DNA of 60,026 nt from a phage. Positions 45,862-52,024 of the stretch are shown piece by piece (position 1 is the first letter of the stretch; each line of letters starts with the position of its first letter). The DNA lies in sequence record PV806339.1. The stretch is one strand, 5' to 3'. A program made the position numbers and the translations under genes. The notes beneath the pieces were generated by a model. That model had not been told where the DNA came from. It did no database searches and worked only from the letters and a program-made list of their open reading frames with translations.

Positions 45862-46401
45862 ATGCAAACTATCATTACCAAATATTCTAACGGTTCAATT
45901 ATGGCTAAATGCTGGAATGGTTGGACGCGTTCACAGTATGACGCTGAATTAAATAGCGAACAAAATCACCGCGCGGCCGCTGAAAAGTTGATCGCTAAAC
46001 TCAATGCGAATAAATCAGTTAGTTGGGGGATTGTTGCTAGTGCGCCATCCGTGCCGGGCGTGCGTGGTACGGATAATGGCTGGACGTTTATGATCGGTTA
46101 TATTCCAGAAGTCGCGCCGCTGGATATGTCGATCACTGTTAAATTCTGCCCGGCAACAAATAAAGGCCCGGCGTATATGCGCGTTTATTCGTGGTTAGTG
46201 CCGCGCGGGATCAAGGTTAACTATTCGCCACGCGTCGCCGACGGGTCAGACATTCAAGCCAATGCACGATACGCGGCCGGGATCATGTTAGAGCGAATTA
46301 ATGAAATATGCCGCGAGGGGGGCGATCTTTTAGGCTGGAAAATTGCGGACTATGTGCAATTGTACGACGGCGATCGCCTGTTCACACTGAAAGCTAATTA
46401 A
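45862..46401 (+). CDS. hypothetical protein
   Basis: 179 aa from the ATG 45862 with an AAGAGGA SD (the ORF opens at 45766). Confidence 0.75.
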   Translation: MQTIITKYSNGSIMAKCWNGWTRSQYDAELNSEQNHRAAAEKLIAKLNANKSVSWGIVASAPSVPGVRGTDNGWTFMIGYIPEVAPLDMSITVKFCPATNKGPAYMRVYSWLVPRGIKVNYSPRVADGSDIQANARYAAGIMLERINEICREGGDLLGWKIADYVQLYDGDRLFTLKAN

Positions 46402-46415
46402 TCCGGGGGCGCGTC

Positions 46416-46616
46416 ATGTTAATGGCTATTATCTTGATCGGTTATTCAATTATTGCGGCTGTTATATATCGTGACGCGCGGGCGGTGTGGCGTCGCTGTA
46501 AGGTTGAGCGCCGTTATTCTTTCGGGCGTAAAACTTTTTATTTACGCGAGCGTAAAACAGGCCGTTTGATCGGCTGTTCAAATAATTTTTTCACTCTTCT
46601 GTTACAAGGGGCTTAA
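46416..46616 (+). CDS. small membrane protein
   Basis: 66 aa. N-terminal TMD, then an Arg/Lys-rich tail. GGGGG SD. Confidence 0.55.
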   Translation: MLMAIILIGYSIIAAVIYRDARAVWRRCKVERRYSFGRKTFYLRERKTGRLIGCSNNFFTLLLQGA

Positions 46617-46618
46617 TC

Positions 46619-47101
46619 ATGAATCTTAATTCTATCAATAAAGATCAACGTTTATACGTCATGAAAGCGGGCGCGGGCTTTACCTGCTACGGGTTCGACG
46701 TGCTGAACAATAAAGCGCGCCGGGCGTTGGAATGGTTAAAGCGTCACGGCCGCGCGGCTGAAATGCTGTTAGGGGCAAAGGGGATCGACGTCATCGCGCT
46801 GGATATTCCCGCCCGCGTTGGTACTAAAAAACATTTTGCCGCGTGCAATAAGGTATTCGACGCCGCGCGGATCTATTCCATCGCGAGCGGCAATAAATGC
46901 GATGCGGAATATACACCGCAATTAATCGGCCTTGAGGGTCGCCGCGTGGAAGTGGTGGACGCATACGGGGAAACGCGCCGCTTTACCGTGGGGCGGTCAT
47001 CCGGCTGGATGCCTTGCCACCTTGAGATCGCCCGCCGCGATTCCAACGGCGGCCCGGCGGTGACGGGCGCGCCTTTTAAATCCGTATCCGTAATTAACTA
47101 A
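46619..47101 (+). CDS. hypothetical protein
   Basis: 160 aa, tightly packed against its neighbours. Confidence 0.75.
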   Translation: MNLNSINKDQRLYVMKAGAGFTCYGFDVLNNKARRALEWLKRHGRAAEMLLGAKGIDVIALDIPARVGTKKHFAACNKVFDAARIYSIASGNKCDAEYTPQLIGLEGRRVEVVDAYGETRRFTVGRSSGWMPCHLEIARRDSNGGPAVTGAPFKSVSVIN

Positions 47102-47112
47102 CCGGGGGATCT

Positions 47113-47316
47113 ATGGGTCATATGTATGGCGTTATCTTGTCAAATGGTACGCATTGCGACACGTCAACCACGGAAAAGGGCGCGAAAAATTACGCCACGC
47201 GCCACGGTTACAAGGAAGTAAGCCGCCGCCTGAATTGCGGCTATGACGTCGAAATCGTAGCACATCGCGCCGGGTCGAAATGGATCGACGGGCCTGCTAA
47301 CCACTCAACCAAATAA
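47113..47316 (+). CDS. hypothetical protein
   Basis: 67 aa. GGGGGA SD. Confidence 0.6.
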   Translation: MGHMYGVILSNGTHCDTSTTEKGAKNYATRHGYKEVSRRLNCGYDVEIVAHRAGSKWIDGPANHSTK

Positions 47317-47326
47317 GGGGATCACC

Positions 47327-47875
47327 ATGAAACTAAATATCACCGCGCCGGGCCTGTTCTTTAATCGTAGCGGCGACCGCGTCACCGTGGATCAAATCGT
47401 TTTAGAGAATAGCGCCGGGGCCGTCGTGTCATTCCCTGTTAAGGGCCGGATCTGGAAAATGTACCGGGGCGCTTATCGTCCGCGTGAGTTCAAGATCTGG
47501 ACGGCGGCGGGCAAGTTTTACGCGGGCGAACAATCCCGATCGCCGTGGGATATTGTCGGCGAGGTTGTCGCGGACGATGTGCGCCCGGTGTACTGGCAAG
47601 ATCTGACCGATGTCCAGAAAGCGCAAGCCGCCGCCAAATATCACAACGGGGAAGGCACGCCGGAAGATTATTTCACCTATACGCCGGATCAATTCATCCT
47701 GATTAATGGTGACGTTTACGATCTGGACGCCGACGCGGCCGTTTATGAGGTGGAAGGGTTAAAAGGTCATGTGCGCATACTGGAAAGCTCAAAGGCGGAC
47801 GGGGCCGCGTTGGCGGTGCAATGTGTGGACGGCTGGCAAGTAATAAGCGTTTACCGCGTACAGGTGGCATCATGA
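47327..47875 (+). CDS. hypothetical protein
   Basis: 182 aa. AGGGGA SD. Confidence 0.75.
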   Translation: MKLNITAPGLFFNRSGDRVTVDQIVLENSAGAVVSFPVKGRIWKMYRGAYRPREFKIWTAAGKFYAGEQSRSPWDIVGEVVADDVRPVYWQDLTDVQKAQAAAKYHNGEGTPEDYFTYTPDQFILINGDVYDLDADAAVYEVEGLKGHVRILESSKADGAALAVQCVDGWQVISVYRVQVAS

Positions 47876-48093
47876 ATAAAACCGGATTTTCGGGGAACGC
47901 CGCAAGGGCCGCGATCAAGTTTACCGCGTGCGGCGCGATCGTGGCGTTTATCGGGGCGGCGGTTATTTTCGGCGACAACGTCGGGCCATATAAAGTGTTT
48001 TTGTATACCGTCGCCGGGGGCGTATGTGTGCGCCTGATTTGGCCGACTCAAGACGAGGGCGACGCGCTTTTAAAACGGGATGACGGCCCGTAA
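47872..48093 (+). CDS. small two-TMD membrane protein
   Basis: 73 aa started at the ATGA overlap. Hydrophobic segments ACGAIVAFIGAAVIF and FLYTVAGGVCVRLIW. Confidence 0.6.
   Translation: MNKTGFSGNAARAAIKFTACGAIVAFIGAAVIFGDNVGPYKVFLYTVAGGVCVRLIWPTQDEGDALLKRDDGP
47878..47904 (+). repeat. 27-nt repeat, copy A (coding, 5' end of the membrane-protein gene)
   Basis: aaaaccggattttcggggaacgccgca matches 50543-50569 at 26 of 27 positions. Confidence 0.9.
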
Positions 48094-48127
48094 TGGTGAC
48101 GCGGCCGACGATTAAAGAGAAAAGTTA

Positions 48128-48157
48128 TTGACGCACGCCGCGTATATCATCTATTAT
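48128..48157 (+). promoter_or_regulatory. sigma70-type promoter, rightward cassette 2
   Basis: TTGACG-CACGCCGCGTATATCATC-TATTAT (18-bp spacer), followed by the same CCC-TTCG-GGG leader. Confidence 0.7.
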
Positions 48158-48218
48158 TAAATTCCCTTCGGGGGCCGGGGGCAATGGGGCCGACGGTTAT
48201 CAAAACAGGTACATAAAA

Positions 48219-49388
48219 ATGACTCACGATCAAATCGTTGCAATGGTTAACAAATACAGCATTAAAGCCGATCGCGCCGTTTCTTATAACTTTGATAAAT
48301 ATGGTTCGACGCAAGTCGAGATCCGCGAGATTGACGGCGGCTGTTTAGTGTGGCGCGCGTGGTCTTATGAAAGCAATTTTGAAAACGTGTTAGAAAGCGC
48401 GCTCGATCATTCCGGTGTACTGAAAACCGCCGACGAAATCGCAGAACAGGAAGCCGCCGCACGCGCTCAAAAGCTCCGCAATGACGCGATTTTCTTTGAG
48501 GTTCACGGCTTCGAAGATGATTTCATTCTTAACCTGTCCGACTTTACCCGCGCTGAAATCGAAGCGGAGATCATCGCGATGAATGCAGAATTAAACGCGG
48601 CAAGCGCCGACGCCGACGCGGCAACGTTTGACGCCGCCGATCATGTTTTACGCTCAACCAATCCGGCCGGGGAATATGTGTATTTAAAGCGCGGTTTCTG
48701 GATGTTAGATCTTGAGGACGCGGAGATCCTGAACGCGCGCCCGGATATACACTGGACAAGCCTTTACGATACCCCGATCGAATATGTGACCGTTGAGCAG
48801 GCCCGCAAGGATGACCCGGAAAGCGATTTCATCAAGCAAATGAAAGCGGGCTATGTGACCGCCCCGGCCGACTATGTCGATCGCGCGTGCGCCGCCGTTG
48901 AGCGTGGCAACGTTAACGCATCGGGGATCGTGCTGCATACCTTGCGCGACAAAATCGACGGCGAATTTTACGAAATCTCGACCCGTATTAGCCCGGCCGA
49001 ATATCAGGTTTATCGTGTGCGCGTTGTCGTGTCGTGCTGCATTGATGGCGCGTTTCATAACGTCATTGAACTGGATCGCGACGTCAACACGGTTGAACAC
49101 GTCCGCGACGTGGTGCGCGTCGGCTGCATGAAACAATACATCAAGCAAGCCCGCGCGACGTTTGCCGCGACCGGGGCCGCAACGCTGAACAATGACAAGA
49201 CGGCGACCCGTATCAAGATTAAAACCGTTGCGGGCATGACGTTGATCGCTAAAACCGAAGACGTGATTTTTTCAGAAAGCGGCCTGTTTTGCTCCGCGTG
49301 GTTAATGCGCCTTGATTTACTGGAAAACAAGACATACGCGCAAGCCGTCCTAACGTCGCAAATCAAATCAATCGAATTTATCAAATAA
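48219..49388 (+). CDS. hypothetical protein
   Basis: 389 aa, first gene of cassette 2. Confidence 0.8.
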   Translation: MTHDQIVAMVNKYSIKADRAVSYNFDKYGSTQVEIREIDGGCLVWRAWSYESNFENVLESALDHSGVLKTADEIAEQEAAARAQKLRNDAIFFEVHGFEDDFILNLSDFTRAEIEAEIIAMNAELNAASADADAATFDAADHVLRSTNPAGEYVYLKRGFWMLDLEDAEILNARPDIHWTSLYDTPIEYVTVEQARKDDPESDFIKQMKAGYVTAPADYVDRACAAVERGNVNASGIVLHTLRDKIDGEFYEISTRISPAEYQVYRVRVVVSCCIDGAFHNVIELDRDVNTVEHVRDVVRVGCMKQYIKQARATFAATGAATLNNDKTATRIKIKTVAGMTLIAKTEDVIFSESGLFCSAWLMRLDLLENKTYAQAVLTSQIKSIEFIK

Positions 49389-49398
49389 GGGGATCGCG

Positions 49399-49623
49399 AT
49401 GTTTTACACCGTGCTTTTAAACGCCGACTTCGAAGGGGCGACAAACGTCAAAATCTTTTACGTGGAAGGGGAAACGGTAGAAGACGCCGTGACCGCCGCG
49501 ATCGATGACATCAACGCGACCGAAGCGGAGATCGGCGGGGATGACTTCGAACCGTTAGCGCGTGACCAGTTCACGATCATTGCAGTTTTTCCGGGCTATC
49601 AGCCTAACGTGTGGGAGGGTTAA
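49399..49623 (+). CDS. small, highly acidic protein
   Basis: 74 aa. Many Asp/Glu and very few basic residues. AGGGGA SD. Confidence 0.65.
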   Translation: MFYTVLLNADFEGATNVKIFYVEGETVEDAVTAAIDDINATEAEIGGDDFEPLARDQFTIIAVFPGYQPNVWEG

Positions 49624-49626
49624 CCG

Positions 49627-49896
49627 ATGGAAATTAACGGCGTACAGGTCAAAAGCGTTGAGCGGTTCAGCAATTACGCGGAATGGTTAGCGCGTCAAAT
49701 GGTGGCGGGCGTGCCGTTGGCGTCGCACGCTTGCCCGCATTGCGGATCGGCGTTGCACGTCATCGCAAACGGTGACAAGGGCGATCAATGGGATTCTACT
49801 TGCGCTTGTCCGGTGTGCGCGGGCTTCTTTCATCGCTCAATCATTCACGGCGAAAAGCCGGAAATAACGATCGTTAAACTGGATCGAGGTTGGTAA
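49627..49896 (+). CDS. zinc-ribbon protein
   Basis: 89 aa with CPHCGS...CACPVC, i.e. four Cys in a ribbon-like arrangement. Confidence 0.7.
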   Translation: MEINGVQVKSVERFSNYAEWLARQMVAGVPLASHACPHCGSALHVIANGDKGDQWDSTCACPVCAGFFHRSIIHGEKPEITIVKLDRGW

Positions 49897-49898
49897 TT

Positions 49899-50036
49899 AT
49901 GGCGGGCTTATGGTTTTTAGTGGTGACGATGTGCGGCGCGGTTGGCGCTGATAATATGGCGGCCGATTGTCACGATTATGTTATTGACGCGGGGATCTCT
50001 TATGACGATTGCCGCGCGGCCGTGGCGAGGCGGTAG
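49899..50036 (+). CDS. possible 45-aa protein with a hydrophobic N-terminus (not in the supplied ORF track)
   Basis: ATG at 49899 preceded by GAGG, TAG stop at 50034-50036. It fills the gap between flanking genes. Translation: MAGLWFLVVTMCGAVGADN... Confidence 0.4.
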   Translation: MAGLWFLVVTMCGAVGADNMAADCHDYVIDAGISYDDCRAAVARR

Positions 50037-50048
50037 AAGGGGGCAACG

Positions 50049-50300
50049 ATGAATAAAGGCCAATACCGCGCCGCGCGTCGCCTGATACGTGATAACGGGA
50101 TCTATGCGTTGCGATGGCTGGACGATGACACCGCGCCGATTATGGACGTGTTAGCAAGCCAGCCGGATGACCAGTTAGAGACAAGGGCGGCGATCGTGGC
50201 GTACAGCGCCCGCGCCGGGCTTGCGTGCAATGTGCGTAAAACGGCGTCACTTGACCTTTTAGCGCGGTACCATGACCGCAAGGCGGCCGCGAATGGATAA
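50049..50300 (+). CDS. hypothetical protein
   Basis: 83 aa. AAGGGGG SD. Confidence 0.7.
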   Translation: MNKGQYRAARRLIRDNGIYALRWLDDDTAPIMDVLASQPDDQLETRAAIVAYSARAGLACNVRKTASLDLLARYHDRKAAANG

Positions 50301-50544
50301 GGCGCAACGCTTAACGGCCGCACGTATGGCGGCGGATCGGTATGCCGGGATCGCAAGGGCAAAAGGTTTTAAGCGTCATATTGATGGCGTGACGTTTACC
50401 CGGGCCGATGCGGATCTAACGTGGGATGACCGGGCGCGCGCTTTCCGTGTGACGCTGTACAAAATGGACGGGGCCGCGCGTCTTGCCGTTGCCACTGTAC
50501 GCGCTAACGCGATGCTTAACGTGCTGTTAAAAGCGTTTATCTAA
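50293..50544 (+). CDS. hypothetical protein
   Basis: 83 aa from the ATG 50293, with an 8-nt overlap with the upstream gene (the ORF opens at 50272). Confidence 0.65.
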   Translation: MDKAQRLTAARMAADRYAGIARAKGFKRHIDGVTFTRADADLTWDDRARAFRVTLYKMDGAARLAVATVRANAMLNVLLKAFI

Positions 50545-50569
50545 AACCGAATTTTCGGGGAACGCCGCA
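50543..50569 (+). repeat. 27-nt repeat, copy B (non-coding remnant)
   Basis: aaaaccgaattttcggggaacgccgca lies immediately after the last gene of cassette 2. There is no start codon, and a 1-nt indel lies just upstream of the repeat relative to copy A. Confidence 0.9.
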
Positions 50570-50610
50570 CGATCCCTTTTAACCTGTTTTGACATATTCC
50601 CCATGTATCA

Positions 50611-50640
50611 AAGGCCGCCTATCCGGGCGGCTTTTTTATT
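50611..50640 (+). terminator. rho-independent terminator ending rightward cassette 2
   Basis: GCCGCC-tatccg-GGCGGC followed by TTTTTTATT. Confidence 0.9.
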
Positions 50641-50647
50641 GCCTTTC

Positions 50648-50846
50648 TGATATACGCGGCGTGCGTTGGTGTGCCGTGTATCGGGCCTATGGTGCGCCGC
50701 TGTAGTTGATATACGCGGCGTGCGTATGGCGGCCCGTCCTGCTTTCTTCCTTCCTGATATACACGACGTGCATCAATGCGGCCTTATGTGCGCGCTATGC
50801 CGTATGGCGGCCCGCTATGGTGCTGCATGATATACGCGGCGTGCGT
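50648..50846 (+). repeat. four promoterless copies of the early-promoter spacer box
   Basis: TGATATACGCGGCGTGCGT at 50648-50666, 50707-50725 and 50828-50846, plus the variant TGATATACACGACGTGCAT at 50755-50773. No usable -10/-35 pair accompanies them. Confidence 0.9.
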
Positions 50847-51083
50847 TGGTGTGCGGCTGTATATGGCTATCTATTCCCCTTTCTATGGTATCCCCTGCTA
50901 TATGGTGTGACGGGGCGTTATTGTATGCCCTTATTTCGGCCGCTATGGGGGCTAGGCGGGGCGATCGTGGTGTAAGGTATGCCTACCTATTACGATCTAT
51001 CTTGCGAGGCGTGGCGGGCGGCTGAGAAAGAATTACGGTCACGATTTCAAAAAGGTACTTACCCGCCAGTCGGTCGGCCCGGG

Positions 51084-51095
51084 GGTGCGCAGAGC
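51084..51095 (+). other. candidate cohesive-end (cosN) dodecamer GGTGCGCAGAGC
   Basis: A GC-rich dodecamer containing the TGCGCA palindrome, in the largest non-coding region. It matches my unverified recollection of the 12-nt 5' cohesive end of chi-like phages. Confidence 0.3.
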
Positions 51096-51307
51096 CGCTT
51101 TCTCGGAAAATGGGCCGGATCTGCCATAGCCCCGCTTTGCGAAATCAATAACTTAGCCGAAAAACCGAATTTCTCCCGTAGGGAGTCTCCAAATCGCGGT
51201 GGTGACGGGGGTGCGGGCGGAACGGCGCTTTAGCCCCGCAATCGGTTGATTGTATTACTGTTTTACCCGGTGGGCGGGTGCTGACCAAGTCCACGGCAGC
51301 AGTATCA

Positions 51308-51587
51308 GGTTACAAGTTACAGACGGGTTACAAGTTTTTCGCTTTGTAACCTCTAACTATCTCACTGTTTTTACTGCGTTTTTCTCCTATAAAGTTACAA
51401 GTTACAAATAAAGTATAGTAATAGTCCAGAAATAGAGAAAACGAGGTAAAAATGTGAATTTTATATAGGGGGGAATTTTACCCGGGCGCTAAACCACTTC
51501 GGTTTGTAACCTGAATACCCGGATCGCTGAGAGCCGCGCCACCACTGGCCCGAACATGGTTACAAACGGCGAAAATGGTATGTAACC
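51308..51587 (+). repeat. array of GGTTACA(A/T) half-sites in direct and inverted arrangement
   Basis: ggttacaagttacag 51308-51322; GGTTACAAG-n7-CTTTGTAACC 51326-51351; gttacaagttacaaa 51394-51408; ggtttgtaacc 51501-51511; GGTTACAAAC-n9-GGTATGTAACC 51558-51587. Confidence 0.85.
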
Positions 51588-51620
51588 TTTTGCCCGTTTT
51601 GGCCGTTTTCTTGCGTTTCA

Positions 51621-51636
51621 ATAACAAATTTGTTAT
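51621..51636 (+). promoter_or_regulatory. perfect 16-bp palindrome ATAACAAATTTGTTAT (operator candidate)
   Basis: Lies just upstream of the putative promoter of the XRE gene. A further half-site TTTGTTAT lies at 51667-51674, just after the -10 element. Confidence 0.6.
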
Positions 51637-51654
51637 ACGTCTTGCCCCGAATCC

Positions 51655-51663
51655 TGCTATAAT
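51655..51663 (+). promoter_or_regulatory. extended -10 promoter TGcTATAAT for the XRE-family gene
   Basis: TGCTATAAT lies 34 nt upstream of the ATG at 51697. The -35 element is poor. Confidence 0.45.
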
Positions 51664-51696
51664 TTATTTGTTATAAACAGCAAAAATAGGTCAAAA

Positions 51697-51984
51697 ATGC
51701 AGCACGATGAATGCCGTGAAACGTTGATGGATTTCAAACGACAATTACAGACACATTTGAAGGCGATTTTACGTCGTCAGGGGGTCACACAGAGCGCGCT
51801 TGCGACGATGATCGGCGTACACCAGTCAAGATTAAGTTTCATGCTTAACAGTGACGCAGACAGAGTTTCGATCGATAAACTCATTGAAGCGATAGTGAAA
51901 CTGGACGGCGTGTTTATGGTGAAAATCGGAGATCAAACAGACATAAATCGAGTGCGGTACAAGGAGTGCGAAGACAACGTTTGA
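51697..51984 (+). CDS. XRE-family HTH DNA-binding protein
   Basis: 95 aa. HTH segment VTQSALATMIGVHQSRLSFMLN. Confidence 0.75.
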   Translation: MQHDECRETLMDFKRQLQTHLKAILRRQGVTQSALATMIGVHQSRLSFMLNSDADRVSIDKLIEAIVKLDGVFMVKIGDQTDINRVRYKECEDNV

Positions 51985-51990
51985 CAGACA

Positions 51991-52021
51991 AAAATAAGGC
52001 CGGATTTCCCGGCCTTTTTAT
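51991..52021. terminator. bidirectional terminator between convergent genes
   Basis: AAGGCCGG-atttc-CCGGCCTT, flanked by an A-run upstream and a T-run downstream. Confidence 0.85.
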
Positions 52022-52024
52022 CGA

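Noticed and set aside
50706-50975. 89-aa ORF (MIYAACVWRPVLLSS...)
   Set aside because: It is a read-through of the box and TATGG repeat array. It is Cys/Trp/Tyr/Leu-rich with internal repetition that mirrors the DNA repeats. It has no ribosome-binding site and lies downstream of a strong terminator.
50979-51233. 84-aa ORF (MPTYYDLSCEAW...)
   Set aside because: Its SD is poorly spaced, its tail is Gly/Arg/Pro-rich, there is no promoter, and it spans the candidate cos segment. It is treated as non-coding.
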